Source: Camelus ferus | Lineage: Eukaryota | NCBI RefSeq assembly: GCF_009834535.1 | Contig: NC_045696.1 | Span: 37,884,001-37,948,000, forward strand | DNA length: 64,000 nucleotides | Reading direction: 5' to 3' | The notes under the pieces: model-generated | What the model was told of the DNA's origin: nothing | Database searches by the model: none | Seen by the model: the letters and a program-made list of their open reading frames with translations, nothing else | Made by a program: the position numbers and the translations under genes | Part shown: in pieces, positions 26,086 through 40,278 of the stretch | Position numbering within the stretch: the first letter of the stretch is position 1 | Layout: each line of letters begins with the position of its first letter

Positions 26086-26669
26086 TTGCAGACACTCATG
26101 GGTGCCTCAGAAATATGACAGTTTAAACCATATTGATGATAACAAATATTCTGATAAAAGGATTATAACTGTGCTCACATGAAGTTAATAGTTCACATGG
26201 TTATATATAGCAATTAGATGTATATGGATTAGTTTTATGTCTTCCAACAATTATCCCAAAACTTGAGATTTCTCTCTATCCATTCAAGTTTTGCTTAATA
26301 AATTATAGTCATTGTTAAAAATACAGCTTGCCTCTGTTTAATATTAAGATTATAAGATGATACATTAAATGCAATTTTTTCTTTTAGGAATACTAACTGA
26401 TTAGGGTAACTAAGTAGATAAATCATAATTTATTTCTTAATTTATTTGGCAAATGGTTACCTCATTTACCAAGAGAATATTTGTTGGCTCTAATACAGTG
26501 ATTAAGGATACAAGCTTTATAGTGAGAGAGCATAGATTTATATCCTTTTCCTCATACCTATTATTCTGGTTCAGTGCTTCTATGAAGCAGGGGTAGGAGG
26601 GTGGAGGAAGGCTCATATTGCTGCTGGAAATACATGGATGACTAGATAATCTCATATTCCATATTTATA

Positions 26670-27385
26670 GCTTATCAGTGAGCATTTGACCACAGAAATA
26701 CACTCATGAGAAATGATATAAAACAGAGGGTTTATACTACAGAGATTCAGCCTTACAAAAATGTGGGAGCTGATTATGTGGATCACACACAGTCACTGCT
26801 TCTTCATTGGGTGCTGGGCCTGAGGTCAGCAGAGCAAATGGCTCTGAAGGGAAGGTGAATGTAAAGTAGGGGAGAGCAAGGACAAATGGAACATGCAAGG
26901 AGGATCTGGAACCTGTGCCAATCTCTCATTGCCTCCTAGCCTCCATCCTCATTTTGCTGGTGACATTCAGGAGAAGCTGTCACCACAGAGATGAGCACCT
27001 GAACCAGGAATCAAGGAAAATGAAGGAAGCTATCCAGGACAAGGAGAAGCTGAATGCCTGGATACTGATGCGCAAGTTGTATGCCCTAACCTAAGACTTG
27101 AGAAACCTAAAGGAATAATGGAAACTGGTGGAGCCGTAAGATCAACTGCTGCCCCACAACAATCAAGCAAACCAGCAGATCAGCGACAATATGCATGAGC
27201 TGAAACAGAACACAGTACCCTACACCAGCCTTCCAAGCATAAAAAGAATATGGTTATCCTTTACATTTCAAATGATGCTCAAAATGTCTTCTGTGGCCCC
27301 TTCCACCCGGGAACTATGCAGTAAAGTTTGTCTGGAAAATGCAGCTCTAGTTTAACTGAAGTTGAAATATTTCAGATCTTCCAGA
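26670..27385 (-). mobile_element. ERVL LTR (LTR41-like), 3' LTR of the ERVL remnant
   Basis: ccttacaaaaatgtgggagctg, gggaaggtgaatgtaaagtaggggagagcaaggacaa and the end tctggaaaatgcagctctagtttaactgaagttga resemble LTR41-group LTRs. ERVL internal-like sequence follows at 27386-27525. Confidence 0.65.
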
Positions 27386-27527
27386 GCCTACATTATTTCA
27401 ACCATCTATATATTTATTTTTTGAAACATACTTAACTTCCAAATAGAAACAGTAATGAAATCTCAGTTCCAGATAATATTGATACAAATATTTGTTACAC
27501 AACCCAAAACAGTGTTACTCTCTTTTA

Positions 27528-29879
27528 CAGGCATAACTCATTTGATTGTGTTTTGCTTTATTGTGTTTCACAGACATTGCATTTTTTGCAAACTGAAGGT
27601 CTTTGGCAACCCCATGTTGAGCAAGTCTTTTGGTGCCATTTTTCCAACTGCATTTGCTCATGTTGTGTCTCTGTGGCACATTTTGATAATTTTTATAGTA
27701 TTTCAAAAATTTAATTATTATTATATTTGTTACGGTGATCTGTGACCAGTTATCTTTGATCTTACTATTGCAATTGTTTTGGGGTGCCATGAATTTTGCC
27801 CATGTAAGTCACTGAACTCAATGGATAAATATTGTGTGTGTTCTGACTGCTCCACAGACCAGTTGTTCCCTTTCTTTCTCCCTCTCCTCAGGCCTCCCTA
27901 CTCCCTGAGACACACAGTATTGAAACTAGGCCAGTTAATAACCCTACAATGGCCTCTAACTGTTCATGTGAAAGGAAGAGTTGTAAGTCTCCCACTTTAA
28001 ATCAAAAGCCACAAATGATTAAGCTAGTGAGGAAGGAATACCAAAAGCTGAGATAGGTCAAAATCCAGGCCACTTGTGTCAAACAGTTAGCCACGCTGTG
28101 AATGCAAAGAAAAAGTTCTTAAAGGAAATTAAAAGTGCTACTCCAGTGAATACACAAAGAAGAATGTGAAACAGTCTTGTTGCTGACGTGGAGAACATTT
28201 TAGTGGTCTGGATTGAAGAGCAAGTCAGCCACAACATTCCCTTAAGCCATACCTAATCTGGAGCAAGTTATCCAGAAGACCTAGCTAAGATAATTAATGA
28301 AGACAGCTTCACTAAAGAACAGATTTTCAATGTAGTTGAAACAGCCTTGCATTGAAAGAAGATGGCATCTTGCACTTTCATAGCTGCAGAAACATCAAAT
28401 CCTGGCTTCAAAGAACAGGCTGACTCTCCTGCTAGGGGCTAATGTAGCCGAAGACTTTAAGTTGAAGCTAATGCTCATTTATCATTGCAGAAATCCTATG
28501 GCCCTTGAGAATTATGCTAAATCTACTCTGCCTTTGCTCTATAAATGGGACAACAAAGCCTGGATGACAGCACATCTGTTTTCAACATGCTTTACTGAAT
28601 ATTTTAAGCCTACTGTTGAGAACTACTTTTCAGAGAAAAAGATTCCTTTCACAATATTACTGTGTAGCACAGGGAGCTATATACAAGATCTTTGTGGTAG
28701 CTCACAGTGAAAAAAAATGTTACAATGAATATATGTATGTTCATGTATAACTGAAAAATTGTGCTCTACACTGGAATTTGACACAACATTGTAAAATGAC
28801 TATAACTCAATAAAAAAAAAAGTTAAAAAAAAATTACTGTTCACTAACAATATACCTGGTCACCCAAGAGCTCTGATGAAGATATATGAGATTAATGTTT
28901 CATGCCTACTAACACAACATCCATCCTGTAGTCCATGGATCAAGGAATAATTTTGACTTTCAAGTCTTATTATTATTTAACAAATTTATTTCATAAGGTG
29001 CCATAGATAGTGATTCCTCTGATGGATCAGGGCAAAGTAAAATTAAAACCTTTGGGAAAGAATTCAATGACATTTTATTAAGAACATTCATGATTCATGG
29101 GAAGAGATCAAAATATCAACAAAAATAGGAGTTTGACAGAAGGCGATTCCAACCCTCATGGATGATTTTGAGAGGTTCAAGATTTCCCTGGAGGAATTCA
29201 TTGCAGATGTGGTAGAAATAACAAGAGAACCAGAATCAGAAGTGGAGCTTGAAGATGTGGCAGAATTGCTGCAATTTCTTGATAGAACTGTAACAGATAA
29301 GGAGCTGCTTCTTATGGGTGAGCAAATTTGTTTCTTGAGATGAAAACTACTACTGACGAGGCTCTGTGAGGGTTAATGAGATGACAACTAAGGATCTGGA
29401 ATATTACAAAGACAGTTTATGAAGAGGAGGCAGAGTTCGAGAGGACTGAATTTGAAAGAGGTTCTACTGCGGTAAAATACTATCAAACAGCATTGCATGC
29501 TACAAACAAATGGTTCTTAAAAGAAAGAATCAATTGATGTGGCAAATACTATTATTGTTTTATTTTAAGAAATTGCCACAGCCACCCTAATCTTTGACCT
29601 TTAACCACTAACTGGATCAGTCAGCACCCATCAACGTTGAGGCAAGACTCTCTACCAGCAAAAAAGATTAGGACTCACTGAAAGTTCAGATGATGGTTAG
29701 CATTTTTTAGCAATAAAGTATACTTTTTAATTAATGTATATACATCATTTTTTAGACATAATGCTACATGCTTATTTATTAGATGACAGTACAGGATAAA
29801 CGTAACTTTCATATACACTGGGGAACCAAAAATTTTGTTTGACTTTGTTTATTGCAGTGGTCTAGAACTGGATCAGCAA
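27528..29879 (+). mobile_element. Near full-length Tigger1 DNA transposon with decayed transposase
   Basis: TA|caggcataactcatttgattgtg left end. ORF pieces [53 protein letters not shown] (DDE_1 region) and [13 protein letters not shown]. The right terminal repeat is missing. Confidence 0.95.
28664..28832 (+). mobile_element. Young L1 3' tail inserted into Tigger1
   Basis: Near-identical to 22385-22545. TSD attactgt at 28656-28663 / 28833-28840. Confidence 0.92.
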
Positions 29880-30825
29880 AAATACAAGATGAGTTTGGAG
29901 CACCTCATAGTATGAGAAAGAAAATGTTCAAATATTAAAAGATGAAGGCATGTCAAAGAACCCAGAAGCTAACATGAAAGAGCTCCCAAGGCCAGAACTG
30001 TAGTAATTTGGACAAGAGAAAAAATGCAGTACTGGATTATAACCAACAACATAAAATAGACATGAGTTCATACTATTAGAAATAAATGATTTAATGTTGA
30101 ATAAATGAATACATGGTAGAGAAAAGACAACTCTTTCTTACAGAATTCCAAATAGTACATGTAGATATTCTCTCTTTCAGGAGTTGAACCTCAATGTTCC
30201 CACCCTCTTTAGGATAGCCTGAACTTAAGCTGGCACATTGGAAGAGAAAAGCAGTAAGTTTACAGTGGGGAAATCTAGAAAACACTATCTTAACACTGAC
30301 TATGGTTATCATCACCAGTAATGTCATATGGATACCATGTGCCCTGATACTGGTGTAATAAAAAGGCTATTCCATTCACTACAAAAATCAAAAACCCAGT
30401 CTGATCATGACAAAAGCATCAGACAAGACCAACTGAAAGAAAATCTACAAAATAACTGACTAGTTCTCCTTGTGAGTGCCCAGGTCAGGACATTTAAGGA
30501 AAACTGAGACATTATCACAGACCAGAGGAGACTAGGGAGACAAGATAAATGACTTGTAGTAGTGTTACCATGTGTTGGACACTGGAAAATAAAAAGAATA
30601 TTAATGGAAAAACTGATGAAATACAAATAAAGTCTCAAGACCAGTTAATAGTAATGCACCAGTATTTGTTTCTCAATTTTGACAAGTAGTCCCATAGTAA
30701 AGGAACATAAGATTAACTGAATGTTAGGTTAACTGAAACTGGTGAGGGATATACAAGAACTATCTGCACTATCTTTGCAATTTTTCTGTTAATCTAACAT
30801 GTTCTCAATAAATGGGTTATTTTAA
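29880..30825 (+). mobile_element. L1MC3/L1MD-type 3' UTR
   Basis: aatacaagatgagtttggagca...gaaagagctccca..ggccagaactg...tatctttgcaatttttctgttaatctaa. Confidence 0.85.
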
Positions 30826-30829
30826 TTAA

Positions 30830-32070
30830 TAGTCATTCTGCAGTTCTATTAGGCCAGGTACTTTATAATGATAGAGACCGTGATAAGACCAGTGAAATCC
30901 ATAAACAGGAGCAGATTGCCAGTTTGTTTGCTATAAAATGGGTTCTGCAGTCAGAAACAATACTGTGTGAAATACCATGAGTATAAGTAAGACATTCTAG
31001 AGATCCATAGGTGGTGGTTTGGGCAGAAGCACTGTGTGAAAGGAAGGCACATCCATATCACGTAAAGGTCTAGTCTATGATGATGGAAGTGTTTCTATGT
31101 AATTAGTCTGCCACCAATTTGTGCCAGACTTGTGCCATATTGGCAAAGTAATTGTTGGTCTCACCTGGTAATAGGTTGGATAATCAGCAATTGTTCTAGC
31201 CAAACAGACCTGAGAGATCTGAAGATCATGCTGTTGAACCCATGTGCATACTCTTCTATTTGTTGCCATGACAGGTTTATTCATAGACTTATTGAGCACA
31301 GACATGGGTGGCTGCAGAAAAAATCTTACTGATATCTACAGAATGGCTCATCCTATACACTTGATTATTAAAATCTTCATCTACTGAGATTTATCTTTAA
31401 TAAATATTCACATAGGACACAAATATCTGCCTACTCTGTGCCCATTTGGAGAGTTCTATCTATCCATCTCTTTTCCTAATTTTTAAATTATGCTCCTTTC
31501 ACATACCTGACCGTTCAGCCAAACCATTAGCCACAGTATTTGTCAGTGTAAATCTATGTTTCTATCTCATCTCATGAAAAATAAACAACTGCATACTATT
31601 TGACAGTCTACCCTACGGAGGATTTTGCTTCATCATTGTCCTTCAGGGCCACCTCAGTATGGGTCTGTAGCGCGTTAGCTGTCCACTTTCATGTGTTATA
31701 AATGAATCATTCAGAATCATTACTCTTCATGAATCTATAAAGGCAGGTGAGAGGGAACAGTCAATGCAGCAAGAATATGAGCCATGGAATCCTGGGAAAC
31801 AAACTCAGGCATCTTGTGCCTTCAACTCTTGCTAGAACTCAAGCTCACATAAACAACATCTGTCTGATGATGCAGTGCTACTGGCATACTCAACACTGCG
31901 GTTTGGTGTGGTAGACAAAATACGATTCCTTATGGACATCCCAGATTGTGTGCTAATGTGGGGGTCCATAGTCAAGCATTCACTCCCTACTGAGACCAGC
32001 ACAAGCCATAAATTATGTCAGGAGGATAGCAAAGTTTTCCTCCTAAAATTCTAAGGATCTGCACTGTAAT
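30830..32070 (-). mobile_element. ERVL-class internal pol remnant (RT connection/RNase H/integrase)
   Basis: ORF 31075-31305(-) TWVQQHDLQISQVCLARTIADYPTYYQVRPT...WWQTNYIETLPS matches the ERVL integrase N-terminus (AWAQQHGLPLTKADLATATAECPICQQQRPT...WWQVDYIGPLPS). VGSECLTMDP near 31965-31995 resembles ERVL LVETE.LTMGH. Confidence 0.85.
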
Positions 32071-33031
32071 TCACATGAGTAACCAGAAACAGGTAAATTC
32101 AGTAAAAGATCTGCAGAAAGCTTCACTTTTCAAGTAACAGTATATAAATGGCACCACTGTTATCTTTGACTTGTGGCTGCCGAGGCCACCCCAACATAGA
32201 GATGCAGAGATTTTTTTTTCAAATTTCAGGGCCCTGCAGTTATGTCTTTATTCTAGCTCTTCTATGTTCTCTTGCCATAGTGAAACTCTCTCTCTTTTTT
32301 TTAAACTATTGGCTCGTTCACATCTAATCTGCATCAGAGAAAAAAATATCTACCTTACCTACTTACCTATTTACCTCCTTTAGTCAATTTTCCATTAACC
32401 TTTAATCTTACATATATACATTAAATTGCATCACTAATGCACACTTTCTCACTCCTTTTGATACAGTCCATTTTTGGTGACTTCTATGTACATAGATGAG
32501 AATCAACCTAAAAATTAATATCAGCTAAACCCCAGTGAAAAAATTTTCTTCTGGAAATAGAAGATAATTTATAAAGACTCTATATCCTATTTTAAGTGAA
32601 ACTGAAAAATAGTCAGTTAGTGAAATTAACAAGAACATCCTAAATGAAGAAAAGTTAACTATCATTAAAATGAGTTAAAATGAGTAATCAGAAATGCCTT
32701 AAAGAGTCCAGAATCAAAAACATCATGGCATCAACATTTATAAAACAAAAGCTCTTGGCAGTATTCTGACTCTTGTTTTAATAAGTATTAGAGGGTTCTG
32801 TCATTTTTTCCTCTTTTATATCCAGAGCCCATTGCTTTGTTACAATACATGGGCAATTAGAATATAATGCTTGAATATTCTTTTATAGAATCCTTGTTTC
32901 ACAATAATTTAAAAAGAGATGTCTCATAGCTTCTGATATGCAATGACATCGATGACAACAAAATAATAATATGAGAATAAGAATAGTTAAATGCAAATTA
33001 ATTGCTTGCCATGTGTCACATATTAGGGTAG

Positions 33032-33538
33032 TGTTACTGAGCAATGGCTTGCTGCCTGACACACATAGAAGTCAAAATGATACCAGCTTTTGAGAAAAGA
33101 AAGAACTTTATAGCGAGGTTGACCAGCAAGGAGACAGGAGGGAAGGCACAAATCTGTCTCCCCTGTCTAAGGTTTGGTCAAACTTTTATGCGTTAGGGAG
33201 GACGATCTGCTACGTGAAAGCACTGGCAGGGCAGGCTTTGATTGGAGGGCTTTGGATCTTCGCCATTTATAAGATACGATAAAAAGAGCTTCAGTGGCAG
33301 ATCTTCCTGGACAATGGACCCTTCACTTCTGAAAGGGTTTCCACGTTCAGGTTCAAGTCACATCCCAGTCATCTGGTTCCACGGAGTGGGGGTGGGGAGG
33401 AGACTTTGGTTCTAGGAGTTATTTAGGTCATTTTTTTTTTTTCCTGTATGCGTACTTAGGCTGTATTGTCTCTGCAAAACAACCCAGCATCTTTTTAGAA
33501 CCAGGATAGGGCCAGTTTGGGCTGGTTCTGCAGTTACA
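33032..33538 (-). mobile_element. ERV1-type solo LTR with perfect 4-bp TSD
   Basis: TG...CA ends (tgttact.../...gttaca). TSD gtag at 33028-33031 and 33539-33542. Confidence 0.9.
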
Positions 33539-33826
33539 GTAGGAATTTTGACTTTAGATTGGATATGTCTTTCTAGTCTTATATTTTCCAAACATATATT
33601 CTGATGTCATTCTCATGGGATTCTCAGAAGGAATTTTAGGCAAACGTTTTTGCATTGACATCTTAGCTGAAAATAGACAAATAAGAGCATATGTTCTTTA
33701 TGTGTAGAAAATATTCCAGTAAGACTTACAGAAACACAGAAAATAATAGTATGATGATGATAAATACTGATTATAAAGTAATGCTTACATCTGTATGAGC
33801 AATCTAATGCTGTCCCAATTTTACAG

Positions 33827-34718
33827 ATGTTTCTTGCCTATCTATCTAATTACGATTCAATCATTGGAATTATTCTTTTAATACTAGAATTTTTGCATTT
33901 GGTTAAAGTAACTATGTTGGCAATAGCATATAAAACATCTTATCTACCAATTCATCACCTGAATGTAAGAATATAGTAGAAATCACATTTTATGATATAG
34001 TTAAACTATACAGTGGAGACATAGCTAGAGAAATTTATTAGCAGACATATTAACTATTCAAATAAAATTTGTAGTAATACATTTTAAAAGCATGTCTCTA
34101 CCATCTGAAAGTATAGAGATCATTGATTATCAACAGCCACCTTGTATGGGAATTCATACAACAGTTCAAAAATAAAAGAGAACGGTAGCCACAGAAGAAA
34201 ACTTGACATGAGAGTGAATAAAAATAAATATATAAAGCCTCAAGTTCTTTTGTATTTTTAAATGATTAGAGGCCCTTGATAACTAAGCCCGACTTATAGA
34301 TAATTGACCATTCTTTGTAATCATATTGCTTTTCGGTATAAAAACTCAGTTTGGGAAAAAGCATTCTATGAATTGCTGCTTTAATGTCAATAAGTCTAGC
34401 AAAGCTCTCCCAAGGGAACAAAATTCATTATTTTGAGTTCTATCTGCCCTTGGTGTACATCTCTGCTCACTGTGGTGTTAGATCAGGAAATAATTTCTAT
34501 AGCTACTGGGAGAATTCCAGTTGAATTTGATTGCATTGTCCAAAGTTAGATAGATAACTTGTTCTTTTGACTCAATCACTGGAGAGACTTCAGTTATAAA
34601 ATATGCAATATTTTGTTAACACAACAATTATTAACTTCATTTGGATCTTACTGAAAATATGTAGATAATGAGAAGATGGATTTGAGATATTTTATAAAGA
34701 TGGTTGACATATTTCAGA
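33827..34718 (+). pseudogene. Candidate large relic exon
   Basis: Branch-like ctaat plus acceptor tcccaattttacag, and donor gtatgt. The sequence is non-repeat. 50 open codons at 34372-34521 (IAALMSISLAKLSQGNKIHYFEFYLPLVYISAHCGVRSGNNFYSYWENSS). Confidence 0.25.
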
Positions 34719-35159
34719 GTATGTGTTGGTGTGTTTCATCTACCCAAACACAGTAAAGCACATTACATGAACTATTTTTCTGTGGTAGTATTTTATCTGA
34801 GGCTGTACTTTCTATTTTTATTACTCTAAATACTTTTACAAAGATGTAAACGGTTCATAAAATCAATGTGAGTATATAGTATGATTGGAATTGAAATGTT
34901 AAATATTTTCTCATATATTTTATAATTTGCACAGAAAATTATTTATCTTCTGACATTTCAAATTATATTAATAATATTTGGTTTAAAATCCCACCTTGAT
35001 ATTGTATTATTTTTTCATTATAGTAACATAATCACTGTAGGATACTGATGCCATTATATTATACTGACATGATAAAATCAACAGAAATGAAAATATAAAT
35101 AAACAGATAGATACAGAGATACAGACTGAATTTTGGTTTGGGGGCCTTCTGTAGAGATA

Positions 35160-38100
35160 GAGTTGATTTAATCATTCTCCAAATTTAACAAAACTTTATT
35201 ATTTTTGTACTCTCTTCCTTCAACTTCCCTGACTCCAAGAAAACATCTTCATATGTTTTATGAATATCCTTTAGTTTGAACACATCCTTTGAAATGTTGT
35301 ACAAGCATTTATTTTAAATTTATATATTACATTATGTACTTCATTTTGTTTCTTTTTTAAAAAATCAGCTACATATTTTAAGATCCACACATGCTCCTAA
35401 GTTTGTAAAGAGCCCATTAATCTTAGTTCCTCTAGATCACCCTATTGTGTGTATTTATATTGTCTACCTGTTTTCCCACTGCTTGTATACAGTTTGTGGC
35501 TGCTTAATGTATTCTCAAATTGGTGACATAAAAAACTTGAACAGAACATACTAATGTATGTTCTCTGATGGACCTGTGAAGGATTTCCTCAGGATGTACA
35601 GCTGAAGTGATATTGCTTATTCATAGATAGGGTCACCAAATAATTTATCATTAGATCGTGACACTTGGAGAATAAAAGTGGGTACTGTCAATAATCTCAC
35701 AAGGACAGGAATAAGTCTGTAGTGATTAGACACACAGGAATATTGGATGTGTGTATTTAATTTGACTGAATAGTGTGAGATAAACCCCCAAAATGGCTTC
35801 ACAAATCACATGCCCACTATTATTTGGCAATATCTAGATTACTAAATTTTGCCAGTTTAAGAAATATAAAGTGATATTCTATTTTTATTTTGATATTAAC
35901 AAGTTAATATGCCCACTTATGTTATTGTTATGCTTTTGAGTTGCCTCTCCTGTAAACTGCTTATTTACTTCTTTTATGCATGATCCACTGGAGTTCTTTT
36001 TTGATGATTTACAGGATTTCCTGTATATTCATAATATTACATTTTATATCACTTTTTTAGATATAAATATCTTCATATAATCTGGCATCTATATCTAACA
36101 AAGGAAAAGATATGTTCTTTCATTTTTCCTAATCAGCTCAATTGAGGAGAAATTTATATACAATAACTTGCATTAACTGCAAATATGCAATTTGATGAAT
36201 TTTAAAAAGTCTGTGCAGTTTTTTATCTAACAACAAAAAAAGCAAGGTTACAGAACATTTTCATCATCCGTTGAAGTTTTAGCCTGCATTTTTGTGATCA
36301 GACTCCTGTTTCAACTGTTGAGTACTTTCTACTTGCCTTTTCTAGAATTTTCATGTAAGTGGAATCAGAACATATACTCTTTTGTGTCTAATATTTCATT
36401 TGGCATAATGATTTTGAGATTCATCCATATTGTTCTCTGTATCTTCAGCTAATTATTTTTTATTGCTGATTAGCGTTCCTTTCTATGAATATACTAATTG
36501 TTTATTCATTCATATTTCAAGAATATTTACTGGATTTTCCCAATTGTTTTATTTAATAACTATGAAAAAAGCTTCTATGAAAGTTGAAGCACAAATATTT
36601 GTATTAATGTGTACTTTCACTTATCTTGAATAAAAGCCAGGGGTAGAATCACTGTGTATTTAATTTATGAGTATTTTTCAAGGTGGCTTTATCATTTTGC
36701 ATTTCACCAGAAGTATATAAGAGTTCTGTTTGTTTTACATCTACCAAAATACTTGCTACTGTCAGGAGTTTTTTGGGTTTGTCTGTTTGTTGTTTTAGCC
36801 ATTCTGGAAATTGGATAATCATATATCATTGTTTTATTCTGGACAAAAGGTCTTTATTAAATAAGCATTTAGCAGATATTTTTCCCAGTCATTGATCTGA
36901 ATTTTCTATGTCATAATGATGTCTGTTCAAGGGTGAAAATTTTTAAAATTTTAAATTAAGTCCAAATGTCAACATTTTATTTATCATTTATGAGTTTTTT
37001 TTAGTTACTCTTATTGATTCAAAATGCTATGTTAGTTTAAGGTGTATGGCAAAGTGATTCAGTTATATATATAAATATATACACTCTTTTGCAGATTCTT
37101 TTCCATATAGGTTATTACAAGATATTGGGTATAGTTCCCTGTGTTATACAGTAAATCTAGCTACTTTTAAACATCTTCTACCTAACCAACTTTCAATTTG
37201 AGATTCTCCTGTTTTCATCTAGAAACTTTATACTTTTAGATTTTGTGTTTAGATCCTTGATCGATTTTTCTATTTAACGATTATGAGGCATGAAATATAA
37301 GTTGAGGCTCAATATTTTTATGTATGGAAAGCCAGTTATTCCAGCAGCATTTCTTGAAAAGATCATTCTTTTCTCAGCACTTTTTTTCAAAAATCAATTA
37401 TACATATATATTACTGTAACCATTTTCTACCAATACTAGACTGATAAGTATAGTAGCATTACAATGGTGATTATCCCACAACTTGTTTTCTTTTCTTTTC
37501 AGAATAGTTTTGAATATTTTAAGTCCATTGCATTGCCATGTAAACAGCGGAAAGATCCTGTCACCTTGTATTTAAAGCCTACTCTAATTTTGATAAGGAT
37601 TGCAATGAATTTTGACACTGAATTCAGAAAAAAATTACATTAAAAAAATTTTTTAGTTCTTTAATTCATTAACATAATGCAATTCTCCATTAATTTAGAT
37701 ATTTCTGAATTCTCACAACCATATTTTAAAGTTTTGAGTGTAAATATTCAGCATCTTTTAATTAAAATTTATCCCTAATACTTCACATTGTGATGATTAT
37801 ATAAATATTTCCTTTTCTTTAATTTCCAAATATTTGTTGTTAGCAACAGAATGCAATTATTTGTTTTTCACAGTTACTTTGTATTTTGTGATGTTGTTAA
37901 ACTATTATTTCTATTAGCTATTCTGTAGATTTCATAGGATTTTCACTTCCTCCTTTCTAAGCTGTATGAGTTGTACTTTTCAAATCTGTTTCATTGTTCT
38001 GACTAGAATTTTCAGTAAAATTTTGAATATAAGTTGTGAGAGCAGCACTATTGCCTTCTTGATTTTAGGAGAAAGAATTTTGTATGATGTTGCAGAAATC

Positions 38101-38790
38101 CTGTAAATGGTGTTAATGAGACTGAGGAATTTCTCTTTTATTAATAGATGTCTGAGAGTTTCATTATAAATGTGTGTTGAATTTTTTAATTCCTAGGATA
38201 AAAGCTGTAAATGGTCATGATTGATTACCAATTTTGTTTTACTGGATGCGATTTAGTGAAATATTAAGAATTTAGGTACCTTTATTTATGAATGGTATTG
38301 GCCCATAGTTTTGTTTTGTTTTGTTTTGTTTTACTATGTATCATCACTGACAGGTTTTAAATTCAGAGGTAATCTTGTCCTCAAAAATGAGTTTATAACT
38401 GCTTCCTCTTTCTTAAATTTTTTGCAATAATTTTATAGTAAGTAGTATTTCTTCATCAAATGTCTGAGAGAACTGGTCAGTGAGGCCACCAAGGTCTGAA
38501 TTTTTTATGTGAGACATATTTTAAACATGAATTCAACTTTAATAGATGTAGAACTATTGAGATTATCAAATTTTTCATGAGTGAGCTTTAGTAGTGTGTG
38601 TTTTTCATGGAATTTGTCCATTTGATTCAATTTATTGAACTTTTTGTAATGAGTTGAATAGTATTTTCTGATTATCATTTTCATATATATAGAGTCATTA
38701 GTGATGGTGTCTCTTTCATTCCTGAGATTAGAAATCTGTGTCTTCCTTTCTTCTTATGCTTCAATTTGTCTAGGGATTAGTCCACTTTCT
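35160..38790 (-). mobile_element. Old L1 (L1ME/L1M5-type) 3' UTR and ORF2 fragments, probably two elements
   Basis: Antisense L1 motifs such as ccagttattccagcagcatttcttgaaaaga, gataaggattgcaatgaat and ggaatttgtccatttgattc. Confidence 0.8.
36995..37165 (-). mobile_element. Older cetartiodactyl L1 3' tail inside the old L1
   Basis: gttagtttaaggtgtatggcaaagtgattcagttata...tacaagatattgggtatagttccctgtgttatacagta. Confidence 0.85.
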
Positions 38791-39199
38791 CTTTTCTGGT
38801 GATTCTTCTCATGGGCCTGCTCCTTTACTCTCACATAGGAGCCAATCAACTCCCACAATGAAGTTTTCTAGGACTCTCTATAATATGCAATGACATCATC
38901 TTCAATATTTTACCTCACAGATTTTAGCTTCCTTTCCTTCTCCAAAGTCATGGATGCCTCCTCAACTCAACAAGATTGCCAGACTCTCTGAGTTTCCCAT
39001 TGCTGTTGTGCAGCCTAGATGCAAGTAGGATTCACTCTGTTTGTTTCCTTTATCTCATGCATCATTGTTCTGTGCTGTGTATTGTCTTATATATGAAAAG
39101 AATTGTTTTGTACCTTTTTGTTTGGTTTTCAGTTATCTAAAGCAGATGTTTTAATCCACTGCCTTGCTCCCTCATAGAGAGATGCAGAAACAAAATATA

Positions 39200-40276
39200 C
39201 TTTCTTCACAAAAGACCCAGAATTGCAAAATTAATAATGAAGAAAATAACAAAGCTGGAGGCATAATCCTCCCAAACTTCAGACAATACTACAAAGCTAC
39301 AGTAATTAAAACAGATGGTACTGGCACAAAAACAGACATATGGACCAATGGAACAGAACAGAGAACCCAGAAATAAAATCCACAGACCTACAGTTAATTA
39401 ATCTTCAACAAGAGGCAAAAATATACAATGGAGAAAAGACAGTCTGGTAAGTGATGTTGGGAAACCTGGACAGAGCTGTATGTAAATCAATGAAGTTAGA
39501 ACACTCCCTCACACCATACATAAAAATAAATTCAAAATAGCTTAAAGACTTAAAACATAAGACAGGACATCATAAATCCTTGAGAAGAAAACCAAGGCAA
39601 AACATTCTCTGACAAAAATTACAACAATGTTTTTGTAGGTCAGTCTACTGAGGCAATAGAAATAAAAGAAAAAATAAGTAAATGGTACCTAATTAAAGTT
39701 ATAAGCTTTTGCACTGCAAAGGAAACCATAAACAAAATGAAAAGACAACCTATAAATGGAGAGAAAATATTTGCAAATGATGCTTCTGACAAGGGCTTAA
39801 TGTCCAGAATATACAAACAGCTCATATAACTCAATATCAACAACAACAAAAAAACAAACAACCCAATCAAATAATAGGCAGAAGACCTAGGGGGCATCTC
39901 TCCAATGAAGACATGGAGATGGACAAAAGGCACATGAAAAATTGCTCAATATCACTAATTATTAAGAAATGCAAATCAAAATTACAATGAGGTATCACCT
40001 CAAACCTGTCAAAAAACCATCATTAAAGAGTCCACAAACAATAAATGCTGGAGTGGCTGTGGAGAAAAGGGAACCCTCCTACACTGTTGGTGGCAATGTA
40101 ATTTGGTGCAGCCTTTATGGAAAATGGTATGGAGATTCCTTAAAAAGCTAAAAATAGACTTACCCTATGATCCAGCAATCCCACTCCTGGGCATATATCA
40201 TGGAGAAAATTCTAACTCATAAAAATACATGCATCCCAATGTTCATAGTAACACTATTTACAATAGCCAAGACATG
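39200..40276 (+). mobile_element. Lineage-specific L1 ORF2 fragment lacking 3' UTR and tail
   Basis: [22 protein letters not shown]...MQIKITMRYHL...CIPMFIVTLFTIAKT. Homology to the 21456 copy stops abruptly after aatagccaagacatg (40276). Confidence 0.93.
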
Positions 40277-40278
40277 TG

